Numbered from the stretch's first letter, positions 11,698 through 20,923 are shown. The stretch: DNA of 64,000 nt from Candidatus Methylophosphatis roskildensis (GCA_016708905.1 JADJEV010000001.1:12254-76253), one strand, 5' to 3'. Notes: generated from the letters alone by a model not told the origin. Made by a program: numbers and translations.

Positions 11698-12150
11698 TTA
11701 TTTGTCAGCGTTGAAGATATGGACCTTGGTAAGCCACCCACCGTCGGGCTGACGCTCAAATATGCGCACGGTGTTCCCTGAAAATCTTGTCCGCTCACCG
11801 GCATCCTTCACGACAACGACTGTCCACCGGGCGACCTGATATGCATACTTGCCGTCCTGATGGATGCTGACAATTTCGAAAGTATGGTCCTTCTTGTCGC
11901 CGGGTTTGAGACGGGCTTCCCAGAACTTCCCAATCGCTTCGTTGCCGTTGACGGGCTGACTTCCGGGCGGCAAGAGAACCGCATCTTTGGCATACATCGC
12001 TGGAAAGGCTGCAGGTGTGTTTGCGTTGTATGCAGCCAACCATCGCGCGTTATCTGCCTCCATCACCGCGCGAAGATCCTCAGCCCGCGCGGGCGCCACC
12101 ATCATGAATACAACAAGCAGTGCAAGGTGAAAGGCATGCTTTGCTGTCAT
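11698..12150 (-). CDS. secreted SnoaL-like / DUF4440 (NTF2-fold) protein
   Basis: 150-aa ORF with signal peptide MTAKHAFHLALLVVFMMVAPARA. The body (..NARWLAAYNANTPAAFPAMYAKDAVLLPPGSQPVNGNEAIGKFW..) resembles DUF4440/YybH-type proteins. Confidence 0.65.
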   Translation of the reverse strand: MTAKHAFHLALLVVFMMVAPARAEDLRAVMEADNARWLAAYNANTPAAFPAMYAKDAVLLPPGSQPVNGNEAIGKFWEARLKPGDKKDHTFEIVSIHQDGKYAYQVARWTVVVVKDAGERTRFSGNTVRIFERQPDGGWLTKVHIFNADK

Positions 12151-12477
12151 GGCAGTACCTCCTCAGGAAAGGGCGGATGCCCAACGAATGAAAAAGATCT
12201 GTCCGGCCTGGTGCTGAACTGCCAACTTGGAAGGCGCCACGTTGCTTCCATGAGAGGAGGGGTCGTCATGAACGTTCGAACACCGTCGCAATCGAATCAT
12301 TCGGTCCACACGCCTTCATCGGAAAATGCGGCTTTCCCCACCTCTGCGTTCATTTGCCAATCGCCTATTTCACAGATAGTACGAGCCAATGCCTATGTCA
12401 ACACCGCTGACATCGCCGGAAGCGCAGCGCCGCTGGTTGACGGTCCGCTGCAAGCTCGGGTTCGGCGTCATAAGTGG

Positions 12478-12774
12478 CTAGAGATTCGGGACGCTTCCGC
12501 GGCTGGCGTGCCAGAATGCGAGAATGACGACCTTACCCGGTCGCACGTCGTAGTAGACGTGGTATCGGACCCTTGAGAGGTAGAGGCGGCGCAGGTCTGG
12601 ATAGCGCGCCGTACTTGACCTTGCGCCAATGCCAGGTTGGTGGGAAAGAAGCGTCCTTGCGTCCTGAAAGTCAACGCGGATAGCATCCGGCGTAGATAGC
12701 CTGTTGCTCGCCCACCAGGCTGCTGCTGCTTCGATCTGAGCCGCTGCCCGAGGGGTTACCTCAACTTCGAGCAC
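12478..12774 (-). CDS. ParE/RelE-family toxin
   Basis: 98 aa, ..RRLYLSRVRYHVYYDVRPGKVVILAFWHASRG. It lies 5 bp downstream of a small antitoxin-like ORF. Confidence 0.75.
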   Translation of the reverse strand: MLEVEVTPRAAAQIEAAAAWWASNRLSTPDAIRVDFQDARTLLSHQPGIGARSSTARYPDLRRLYLSRVRYHVYYDVRPGKVVILAFWHASRGSVPNL

Positions 12775-12779
12775 TTTGC

Positions 12780-13010
12780 TCAGGCGATGCGGCGCAGCCG
12801 CTCGATTAGTTCGTCCGCGGAGATCGTTTCTCCCCGATCGGCCTGAGCGATTGATTCCAAGAGCTCCGCTTCGATCTCGGGGGGAACCTCGAACGTCTCG
12901 TCAGGCTCGCGGGCGAGGACGGTGACGACGGTGCCCTCTGGCAGAGGATCCCCTTCCACGACGACTTTTCCGCCTACGACGATCCCAGTGGTGAGTTGCA
13001 TGGCACTCAT
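12780..13010 (-). CDS. putative antitoxin partner of the ParE-like toxin
   Basis: Small acidic ORF (MSAMQLTTGIVVGGKVVVEGDPLPEG..ELLESIAQADRGETISADELIERLRRIA) immediately upstream of the toxin. The start is taken at an internal ATG of track ORF 12780..13037. Confidence 0.6.
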   Translation of the reverse strand: MSAMQLTTGIVVGGKVVVEGDPLPEGTVVTVLAREPDETFEVPPEIEAELLESIAQADRGETISADELIERLRRIA

Positions 13011-13443
13011 TGTACTCCCGCGTACCAACACGCGCATGATGACGCCGAACGTAGAGTTGAGTGGCGCCGAGCGGGAAGGCGAAGCGTCCCCTCGAACGTC
13101 GTGTTCCTCGTCTTCATATCAAATACCAACGAATTCCAATCGACGGTGCGGTATAGGTAACTACTGCGGTAGCAGGAGTTAGGGAGTTTTGCACGAAAAG
13201 CAAGACATCAAAAACTCTCCCATGCTCGCCTAACAAAGCCGGATAGCTACTAGCAGTTATCCCTGCCCTGATGACGGGAAATGAGACTAGTGACACGAAG
13301 AACCATGGTGTTACGTCCTTAAATCACAGCCACCATTAAAATTACGTAAAATGCGGCAGATCAAGTCAGCAGATCAAGTCATGAGCATAACGGCGTCGCG
13401 CTGAAATGTCTGCAATCGGGAATTTTCGCCACTGTCCGGTCAT

Positions 13444-13610
13444 GGCCGGGTACCGACCTCGGCGAACGACACGTCAATGACCGGTACCCCCACAAAGCCG
13501 CCCGCCGCGCGCGAAATTTGAGAATGCCAAGCCAATGGCTGCTTGCGGGTGGGCGGTCTCGCTCAACGTCGGCTTTGGAGAAAAATCGCGACCGACCGGT
13601 TATGGCCGAG
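13444..13610. repeat. 167-bp inverted repeat, right copy (partner 10960-11126)
   Basis: See the left copy: 166/167 identical in inverted orientation. Confidence 0.95.
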
Positions 13611-13888
13611 AGCCGCGGTTTCAAATGCTTCCCGAAAGCCGCCGATCGAAAATTGGGGGTTCGGCGAACGTCGGCTTTCCGGCGCTACCCGGAAAGGCAG
13701 CGGCCGGCCATCAACATTCACCGAACTTAACCGAAAACCGCGCAGACAAATGGCCGGCCTCAGCACTCTGCCAACCTACGGGATGTGCACGTGGGCATCT
13801 TTTGATCAGCCTTATGGAAAGCTTTGCAGGGCCGATTTCCGGAAGCTGGCTTCTTGCTCGAATCGCGCCGGCGCATCTATCCCTGTGA

Positions 13889-15542
13889 ACCTAAGCCGGA
13901 CGAGCCGGAACCAAACAGGGGAATAGCGGTACCCTAGCGCTTGCGTGGAGCTTGTCGATGCGGAGGCCGCCATGGAGCTGCTTACGACCCGGTACGCGGA
14001 GAATCTGGCAGGCGTGCTGTCTTGCTACGACCGGATCGTCATCACCGGCACGTTGCCCGGCGCGTGTTTCGCAGAGGGCATGACCAGCTTCTTGGTCTCC
14101 CGTGGGATCCGTATCTTCGACTACCCGCAGTTCGCGCTGCCTCTGCGGGAGCGCGTTCGCCATGCCGCTCAGGCGCTGGCAACGGAGCACGGCGCCAGGA
14201 TCGAACATATCGCCAAGGCCCACGTTCGCAAAGAAGACGTCGTGGCCAAGGTGCTCGCGGCGCGTGGCGATGCGCCCGGCCTGGTGCACGTGATATCGGC
14301 GATGGAGACCTGCGCGACCTATCAACCCTGGCACGACAAGGCCAGCGGACGCACTTTCCTGCGCCCGGACACCAAGTGCCTGCACTACTACTTCTACTGG
14401 ATGGACCGAGAGCTGGGGCTCATCTACGTGCGCGTGCCCACCTACTGTCCGTTCCGGCTGCAGGTTTACTGCAACGGACACAGTTGGCTGGCGCAACGAA
14501 TGCGGCGCGAGGGCATCGACTTCGCCGCAGCCGACAACGCTTTTGCTCGCATAACCGACTTCGCTCGTGCGCAAGAACTCGCCGACACCTTCAAGCCTGA
14601 GTTGCTGCATCGCCACCTGGACCGCTACGCCCAGCTGTGCTGCCCCGTCCTGGATGTCTTTGGGCAGACCTACCACTGGAGCATCATGCAGGCCGAATAC
14701 TCGACCGACTTGGTGTTCAAGAGCGAGAAGATCCTCGGCTCGCTGTACCAGCAGCTCGCCCGCGAGGCAGTGCTCTCGGTGAAGGCCGAGCAAATCGCCA
14801 CATTCCTGGGCAAGAAGATCACCCCGCAACTGGCCGCCGAGATTGGCTCGCGCCTGAGCACGCGCATTGAGGGAACCTGCATCAAGCACAAATTCGGATC
14901 GGTCTCTATCAAGATCTACGACAAGTTCGCTCGCATCCTGCGCATCGAGACCACAACCAATGACGTTTCGTTCTTCAAGCACCACCGCAAGGTGGAACAC
15001 CGCACCGGCCGCACCACGCGAGAAGTCGCGCCACTGAAGAAATCCATCTACAGTCTCATCGACCTGCGCGAAATTCTGCTGGGCTGCAATCATCGCTATC
15101 TCGAGTTCCTCTCCAGCCTGGACGATCACAGCAGCGGACAACGCCTGCTTGAACGCGTGACGCAATCCAAACCTGACGGCGACCGGTCCTTCAAGGGCTT
15201 GAACTTCTTCGATTCCAACGACCAAGCCCTCCTACGCGCCGTGCAACGACCCGAATTCAACATCCATGGCTTGGCCCGCTGTGACTTGATGCGCCGACTC
15301 CCTGACCAAACGCCCTCGCGACTGTCCCGCCAGCTCCGCCGCCTGCGCGTCCTCGGCTTGATCAAGCGCGCCGCCAACACCTACCGCTACTACCTGACTC
15401 GAGCAGGCCGCATGGCCATCGCCGCGTTCGAGCGCCTCACCAACTTCGCAATCGTTCCTGCAATGGCCGCATAGCCGCAATGCATCGTTTCGGCCTCGCA
15501 CTTCTGTGCCAGGACGCAAAACTTTGAAGTCGTAAGAGACTA
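13889..15542 (+). mobile_element. unclassified 1.65-kb repeated element, copy 1
   Basis: Identical by eye to 38806-40460 apart from a 3-nt in-frame indel. Shared sequence runs from (A)CCTAAGCCGGACGAGCC to GTCGTAAGAGACTA and the flanks are unrelated. The ends are not inverted repeats of one another. Confidence 0.7.
13972..15474 (+). CDS. about 500-aa protein of the repeated element (putative transposase/recombinase, family not recognised)
   Basis: The single long ORF of the element (track 13945..15474, GTG; first in-frame ATG at 13972). The C-terminus looks winged-helix-like: LRRLRVLGLIKRAANTYRYYLTRAGR. I see no DDE, HUH, Ser or Tyr recombinase signature. Confidence 0.7.
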   Translation: MELLTTRYAENLAGVLSCYDRIVITGTLPGACFAEGMTSFLVSRGIRIFDYPQFALPLRERVRHAAQALATEHGARIEHIAKAHVRKEDVVAKVLAARGDAPGLVHVISAMETCATYQPWHDKASGRTFLRPDTKCLHYYFYWMDRELGLIYVRVPTYCPFRLQVYCNGHSWLAQRMRREGIDFAAADNAFARITDFARAQELADTFKPELLHRHLDRYAQLCCPVLDVFGQTYHWSIMQAEYSTDLVFKSEKILGSLYQQLAREAVLSVKAEQIATFLGKKITPQLAAEIGSRLSTRIEGTCIKHKFGSVSIKIYDKFARILRIETTTNDVSFFKHHRKVEHRTGRTTREVAPLKKSIYSLIDLREILLGCNHRYLEFLSSLDDHSSGQRLLERVTQSKPDGDRSFKGLNFFDSNDQALLRAVQRPEFNIHGLARCDLMRRLPDQTPSRLSRQLRRLRVLGLIKRAANTYRYYLTRAGRMAIAAFERLTNFAIVPAMAA

Positions 15543-17185
15543 AAAACCTCAGTTAGCCGATTCCGTTTGCATGATTTTCGAGAAGCCGCTGGGCGCGAGG
15601 CGGTCCGACCCCGGCGAGGAGGCATTTGAGATGCTCGCAGACGAGGTTCCAGACGGTGGTTGGATGCAACTGCTCCGCAGCACGAGCTAACCAGCCCTGA
15701 AGCATGGCGGAGACACGCATTAGCGCTGCCCGCGCCTTCTCGAAATGAGCGTGCAAACCGGTCAGTGTGATCGTCGTCTGCCCGGCATGTTCGGTCCGGC
15801 GCCCCACCGAGGACATCAGCCACGGCCGACTGGTGATGGCCTCGCGGCGGGCTTCAGGATTGGCCAAGCGAACGAACAGGCTCCACCAGTTGTAGATGAG
15901 TGCCACGGCCCGGGCGGCCAACTGGCAGCGATGCAGGTCGTGCGTGGTAAAGCCACCCCATCCCCACTGGTTCTTGAGTTCGTCGAAGGCGTTCTCGGCA
16001 TCCGCCCGATCCCGGTAGAGCTGACCCAGACTGACAATCTCGTAGTCGGTGTTGGTCACCAGCACCGCGTACTCATAGCCCGTGATGCCCTTGCCTGCCT
16101 TGCGGTCGGCTTCCACGAAGGCCAGCAGTTGCTGACCGTCAGCCTCACCGGCCACCGCGATCTCGCCCGTCAGCGGCCGGCGCAGCACGACGACGCGACG
16201 ATTCTTCTCCCAGCCCTTGAGGGCAAGCGCCCCATCCTTGCCCTCCCAACCCTGGCCGGCATCCGTCCAGCCCGATTGGCGGAACACACTGACAATGTGA
16301 CGCTTGACGTTCTTCGAGAGCTTGAGCTTGAACAGGTAAGGCTGCCCCCGTTGCTCCAGAGCCGTCATCATCGCGTCGCACCCGAAGGCGTTGTCCCCGC
16401 GCACCAGCTTCGGCTTGTTTTCTGCGGGCAGTTCATCGAGAACCTTGAGCAGACCGGGCTGAGCATGCTTGGCCGTGTGTTCGTTGCCGGCACACACTTC
16501 GACACCCAGGACCAGCCGCAAACCCGCCATCAGGTACGTGTGATAGGCATGGGACGGGCGTCCCGGTTTCTTCGGGTTATAGCCGATGAGCGCGCCTTCC
16601 TGATGGCCATACAACGGCTTGATCGTGGTGTCGATGTCCAGAATCCAGGCGGCGTTGAGCAGCGCGCTGACACTGTCCGACAGATGCCCGTCCAGCCAGG
16701 CGCACCCCGGGCCTTGCGGGATGCGCTTCAGGGCATTGCGCAGAGCGTCTTCGGAGATGACCTTGTCCATGCCCAACAGGCCGGGATTGACCCCGTCGCA
16801 GCGGATCCCGGTCACGTGGGCGTAGCGTCGGTGGCCCGACAACACCGAGAGCAGCCAAGTGCCCAGCACCTCCGCCTTCGAGGGTGCATTGGGACTGGCG
16901 TAGCTCAGCGGGGCGCTTTCCAGCCAACGACTCCACAGTCCAGTCAGGTTGAGAAACTCGATGAAGTAGGCCAATTGCCCCATCGGCGTGGCGGCGCTCT
17001 CCGACTCCCATCGCACCTGCACCCGACCTGCCATCGTCTGCACCCCAGCGCACGACAACAGCATTTCCTCGCGTTTCGCCAGCTTCAGTTTCGCCTCACC
17101 CATCGGGTGGCTCCTCAATTTCGTCGCCAACCCACAGTTTGCCGACCTTCGCACGGTTTGGCATACCGGCAACTCAGGTTTTTAG
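15540..17185 (-). mobile_element. IS4/IS1380-superfamily insertion sequence
   Basis: Terminal inverted repeats CTAAAAACCTCAGTT (15540-15554) and the reverse complement of AACTCAGGTTTTTAG (17171-17185), 14/15 matching. No target duplication is visible. Confidence 0.7.
15553..17103 (-). CDS. DDE transposase (IS4/IS1380-like)
   Basis: ATG at 17103 after GAGGAG. Motifs WILDIDTT.., LVRGDNAFG.., and YRDRADAENAFDELK (Y-2-R-3-E-6-K). Confidence 0.8.
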   Translation of the reverse strand: MGEAKLKLAKREEMLLSCAGVQTMAGRVQVRWESESAATPMGQLAYFIEFLNLTGLWSRWLESAPLSYASPNAPSKAEVLGTWLLSVLSGHRRYAHVTGIRCDGVNPGLLGMDKVISEDALRNALKRIPQGPGCAWLDGHLSDSVSALLNAAWILDIDTTIKPLYGHQEGALIGYNPKKPGRPSHAYHTYLMAGLRLVLGVEVCAGNEHTAKHAQPGLLKVLDELPAENKPKLVRGDNAFGCDAMMTALEQRGQPYLFKLKLSKNVKRHIVSVFRQSGWTDAGQGWEGKDGALALKGWEKNRRVVVLRRPLTGEIAVAGEADGQQLLAFVEADRKAGKGITGYEYAVLVTNTDYEIVSLGQLYRDRADAENAFDELKNQWGWGGFTTHDLHRCQLAARAVALIYNWWSLFVRLANPEARREAITSRPWLMSSVGRRTEHAGQTTITLTGLHAHFEKARAALMRVSAMLQGWLARAAEQLHPTTVWNLVCEHLKCLLAGVGPPRAQRLLENHANGIG

Positions 17186-18123
17186 GGTGAAAGCTTGCGT
17201 GCCAGGCAGTCGATATGCCGGTCATCGGTGCCGCAACAGCCGCCCAGCACCTTCATCCCCAGTTCGTCACGCAGTGCGGCCACGCTGTTTCCGAAAACCT
17301 CCGGCGCTTCTTCGACCAGTTCGGCACTCTCGTCTAGTTCTTCCGGGCTGAGGGCGGCGGTGTTAGCCAGCAGGCCAATCACCCGTTCCCTGACCTGTGC
17401 CGATGAATTCCGCTCGTTCAACAAGGCGCTACGGAAGACCGAGGCGTGTGTGCAGTTGATCAGGTAGGCCAGCGGACGCGGTGTCACCGATGCATCAATG
17501 GTCGCGATGGCCGTCTTGAGCGGCGTGCCGTCGAGCAGCGTTCCTTCCGGACGGGCGACGAAACTGATCACGTAGGGCAGTCCGGTGGCCGCCTGCGCCT
17601 GCGCCAGCCCGATCGCTTCGCTCATTGCGGGAAGCGTGGCGGCCATAAGAAAGTCGACCCCGGCAGCAGCCAGGGCATTGGCCTGCCAGGTGTGAAATTC
17701 GGCGGCGGCCTCGGCGCTCATCGCCTCAGTGGGTTTGTACGCGTCGCCACGACAACTCATCAGCCCGCAGATTGCGACTTGTTGCGCGTAGGCGCCGTAA
17801 CTGTCGCGCAGTTCAGCAAGAAAGCGGCTGTTGTCGCCGTTCAGATCGCGACCGGCCAGCCCAGCAGCCGTGATGCGTTCCCGTCCGGCGCGCCAGGTCG
17901 GCGTGGACAGCAGCAGTGGCAACTGGTAGCGCTGGCCGATTTCAAGATACTGGCGGTAGATGGCCTCCAGCGCTGCGCGGCCGGATTCTTCATAAATCAG
18001 TGCCGAATTGACCACGTGGTCGTCGATCTGAATGCCTCGAGAGCGGCGTAAACGTTCGATGACGGCGCCTTCGCCAAGAATTGGCGACGAGGCTGCGAGA
18101 AGCGAATTGGCTTTGTTTGTCAC
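17182..18123 (-). CDS. homocysteine S-methyltransferase family protein
   Basis: 313 aa ending ..GMKVLGGCCGTDDRHIDCLARKLSP. The GGCCG zinc-site motif and overall similarity match MmuM/YbgG-type enzymes. The stop codon is formed by the last bases of the adjacent IS. Confidence 0.8.
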   Translation of the reverse strand: MTNKANSLLAASSPILGEGAVIERLRRSRGIQIDDHVVNSALIYEESGRAALEAIYRQYLEIGQRYQLPLLLSTPTWRAGRERITAAGLAGRDLNGDNSRFLAELRDSYGAYAQQVAICGLMSCRGDAYKPTEAMSAEAAAEFHTWQANALAAAGVDFLMAATLPAMSEAIGLAQAQAATGLPYVISFVARPEGTLLDGTPLKTAIATIDASVTPRPLAYLINCTHASVFRSALLNERNSSAQVRERVIGLLANTAALSPEELDESAELVEEAPEVFGNSVAALRDELGMKVLGGCCGTDDRHIDCLARKLSP

Positions 18124-18132
18124 TATGTTGCA

Positions 18133-18411
18133 TCACACCAATTCAATCTGAACTTTCCGGCCAACAACGGCTGCAGCGCGTTGTAGCGTGGATAGCGTCA
18201 CATCGCGGGTGGGATCGAGCAGCCGATCAACCTGCGAGCGGCTGGTCTTCAACATAGCGGCCAGGCGCGCTTTGCTCAGCGACTGCTTCTCCATCGCTTC
18301 GGTCAACTGCCAGACCACAACCTCCTTGATGGCCAGAGCCTGGGCTTCCTCGAAGATGCCTTCTTCCTTGAGGAGGCTGTCGAGGCTCGATCCGTGATGC
18401 TTCCTGCTCAT
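18133..18411 (-). CDS. HTH (XRE-type) antitoxin, HigA-like
   Basis: 92 aa, ..SLSKARLAAMLKTSRSQVDRLLDP.. Overlaps the upstream toxin ORF by 4 nt. Confidence 0.75.
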   Translation of the reverse strand: MSRKHHGSSLDSLLKEEGIFEEAQALAIKEVVVWQLTEAMEKQSLSKARLAAMLKTSRSQVDRLLDPTRDVTLSTLQRAAAVVGRKVQIELV

Positions 18412-18761
18412 GATCTCAACTCCTTCTGGCGCTTGCGCGCCAATGCCAGTTCGTCGTCGGGCGTCTTCTGCGTCTTTTTGATGAAAGCGTGCAGCGCTAC
18501 GAGAACGCCTTCATCAAGGCACAGCAACACACGTGCGATGCGGTTGCTGGGCAACTCGGTTCGAATCTCCCATAGTCCCTGCCCCATGGCCCGACACAAC
18601 GGCATGCCTACCGGCCAGCGCCACTGCGCCCGCATCAGGTCTTGGCCGACCACAAGCCGATCCGGCGCATCCAGAGCCTTGAGCCACTCGCGTACCGGTT
18701 CCCTTCCGCTACTGCTTCGAAAGAAGACCAGCGGAGTTTTCTGAGTTGCGTCTTTGGCCAT
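18408..18761 (-). CDS. RelE/HigB-like toxin (Gp49/DUF891-type)
   Basis: 117 aa, ..REPVREWLKAL..GLWEIRTELPSNRIARVLLCLDEGVLVALHAFIKKTQKTP. Toxin-first gene order as in higBA. Confidence 0.7.
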   Translation of the reverse strand: MAKDATQKTPLVFFRSSSGREPVREWLKALDAPDRLVVGQDLMRAQWRWPVGMPLCRAMGQGLWEIRTELPSNRIARVLLCLDEGVLVALHAFIKKTQKTPDDELALARKRQKELRS

Positions 18762-19454
18762 TCTTCACCGTTCGAGATGTACCATAAAAGGTTCATGTCT
18801 TGCAAGGTGATTCTTGGCGCCCCTACCCGCGCCAGCGCCGGCAGGCCGGGAGCGCTCAGCCGACTGCTTGTTGGGGAACGTGAATGCCGAAATGTGGGGT
18901 GAGTTGGGAGTCAAGGATTGTGGTCCAATGGCGGCTGCGCTTCGTAAGCCGCCGTCGGAACCCGCAGGCTGTCTACGGCCGCGAAGGGCCGCGTCCGGAC
19001 GACGGGCGTTGTCAAAGCGGCCGGTCGGCGTGATTCCCTGTCCTACGACCGGTAAGGAGTCGATACCGGCCGCCCGGATCGCTCACCACCAACGGCCGCT
19101 CTGGCCGACGAGTGTGAGTTCCCCATTTGGCAGGTATCGGAGTTCAGCGGCCATCCCACTGGCCGCTCATCGGAAGCGTCCAATTTCCGCTCCTGGCCGG
19201 GGCCTGCCCTTCTGGGTAGGTGTCGGAAAGCGGACCGTCGCCGATCCCCGATTTCCCAAGGGCTGCTTTCGGCGCGCATCGCGGACCGCGGCTGCCGGCC
19301 AGCAGCTGGTGCTCCCGCCCGTCGGTTGTGGGTGCGTCTGTCCCCGCACCGTTGGGTGTGCTAGGAGTCTGGCTGTCTGGTCGCGAATATCGCCATCAGG
19401 CGCCCGCCGTCCAAGCCTTTGCCTCCAGCGCTGGGCCGTGATATTCTGGTCAGC

Positions 19455-19757
19455 ATGACTAGAAAAGCACCAACCTTGGCAGTACCGACCGCGCAGCCTC
19501 CGCGTAGTCGTTGGCGCCTTCAAGACGCAAAGGCGCGATTCAGCGAACTCGTTCGCATGGCGCACAGCGATGGGCCGCAGCACGTCACGTTGCATGGCCG
19601 CGATGCGGTGGTGGTTGTCGATGCGGACGAATTCAATCGCCTGAAGGGCGCGCGAACCGGCGAGTTGCTGATCGAGGCTCTGCAAGCTTCGCCACATCGC
19701 CAGATCGAGATCGAACCACGCCGTTCTGCGATGCCAGTGCGGGCGGTCAAGTTGTGA
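19455..19757 (+). CDS. Phd/YefM-type antitoxin (VapB-like)
   Basis: ..WRLQDAKARFSELVRMAHSDGPQHVTLHGRDAVVVVDADEFNRL.. The stop overlaps the GTG start of the PIN gene (GTGA). Confidence 0.7.
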   Translation: MTRKAPTLAVPTAQPPRSRWRLQDAKARFSELVRMAHSDGPQHVTLHGRDAVVVVDADEFNRLKGARTGELLIEALQASPHRQIEIEPRRSAMPVRAVKL

Positions 19758-20188
19758 GTGGCTGGCTGCTCGATACCAATGTGATTTCGGAGTTGCGTCG
19801 ATCGCGCCCCAGTGCGCGGGTGCGAAGCTTCATTGCGAGCCAACTGCTTGAAGACTTGTTCGTCAGCATCGTCACTTTCGCCGAAATCCGCTTCGGCATC
19901 GAGGCAGTCGGCGATCCGATTCGCCGCTCCGAACTGAACGACTGGCTGCTGCACAGAGTGCGGCCCATGTTCGATCAGCGCGTACTGGAGGTTTCGGAGG
20001 ATGTCATGTTCAAGTGGCGCATCCTCGTTGAAGAGGGCCGCAAAGTCGGCCATACGTTTTCGCAGCCCGACCTGATCATCGCGGCAACCGCCCTGCAACA
20101 CGGGCTGACGGTCGTGACCCGCGATACCGGCGACTACAAGCTCGCGCGAGTCCCGTTGTTGAATCCTTGGGTCGACGAGTCGTTGTGA
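19754..20188 (+). CDS. vapC: PIN-domain toxin VapC (FitB-like)
   Basis: VSGWLLDTNVISELRR..TFAEIRFG..DLIIAATALQHGLTVVTRDTGDY. GTG start at 19754 inside track ORF 19511..20188. Confidence 0.85.
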   Translation: MSGWLLDTNVISELRRSRPSARVRSFIASQLLEDLFVSIVTFAEIRFGIEAVGDPIRRSELNDWLLHRVRPMFDQRVLEVSEDVMFKWRILVEEGRKVGHTFSQPDLIIAATALQHGLTVVTRDTGDYKLARVPLLNPWVDESL

Positions 20189-20686
20189 CCTCGTTCCCTG
20201 CCCGGCTCGGCGGCGAAAACGGGGCTCAACGAAATGGAATCGCAGCTTTGCGGCCGTCGATTTGCATGGCTGGCTGACCGCTCCGGGTCGGTTCCGAACG
20301 GCTGATGTCACAGAAGCCGCCGGTCGCGCGCCCCGGGTAGGCCAGTAGCCGGTCATGAGTACACTGCGGACGGAGGGGCTCGGCCACCCACTGGCTCCTT
20401 AGGCCGAATTCGAGAAGCATTCGTGTGACGCGAGAACGTCAGCTTGCCGGAGTGCTGCGCACCTTCGCGAAAACCCTGTGTGCTCTGAAACACCGACAAT
20501 CGCGCCCCTATGATCCGGGCAATCCGCTCAGTCCTGATTTGGGATTTCCCTAGCGGCGCTCTCAATCTCCAAGTGCAACGGCTTCGTCCAATGATTTGCC
20601 GGCCAACATGCCGGCCCGGTGCCGGCCTTGATCTTCGCACTTGTGTTGACTAGACTTGGTCAGATCCAATCCAGAGGTGATGAGCC

Positions 20687-20923
20687 ATGCCGGTGGTCAA
20701 TATTTATGAAGCCAAGACACAGCTTTCCAGGTTGATCGAAAAAGCGGCATCGGGCGAAGACGTCGTCATCGGGCGTGGTGGAAGGCCGGTCGCGCGAATT
20801 ACCGCGCTGACGCCGGCCAAACAGCCGATCCGCTTCGGGCTTTTGAAGGGGCGGATCAAGCTTGCGGACGACTTCGATGCACCACTGCCTGACGAGGTGG
20901 TCGGCGCGTTCGAGGGACGATAG
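20687..20923 (+). CDS. Phd/YefM-family antitoxin
   Basis: MPVVNIYEAKTQLSRLIEKAASGEDVVIGRGGRPVARI.. Abuts the next PIN gene. Confidence 0.85.
   Translation: MPVVNIYEAKTQLSRLIEKAASGEDVVIGRGGRPVARITALTPAKQPIRFGLLKGRIKLADDFDAPLPDEVVGAFEGR

Noticed and set aside
12268-12576. 102-codon plus-strand ORF with a strong GAGGAGGGG ribosome-binding site (MNVRTPSQSNHSVHTPSS..)
   Set aside because: Low-complexity product with no recognisable family. It overlaps the 3' end of the convergent ParE gene by about 100 nt. It may deserve a ribosome-profiling check, but it is not supportable as a gene from sequence alone.
10400-13900. Repeat-rich intergenic DNA as a CRISPR array
   Set aside because: The repeats are degenerate, of variable length and orientation, and not regularly spaced with unique spacers. 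No cas genes are present.
13891-15225. 444-aa minus-strand ORF inside the 1.65-kb element (also 38806..40143 in copy 2), as an alternative element gene
   Set aside because: It mirrors the plus-strand ORF almost end to end. It has the low-complexity composition of antisense frames, starts beyond the plus-strand gene's end and runs into the element terminus. The plus-strand product looks like a real globular protein with a wHTH tail.
20646-20674. TTGACT at 20646-20651 as the -35 box of a promoter for the 20687 antitoxin operon
   Set aside because: The best hexamer at 17-bp spacing (ATCCAG) is a poor -10, so I cannot support a promoter call by eye.
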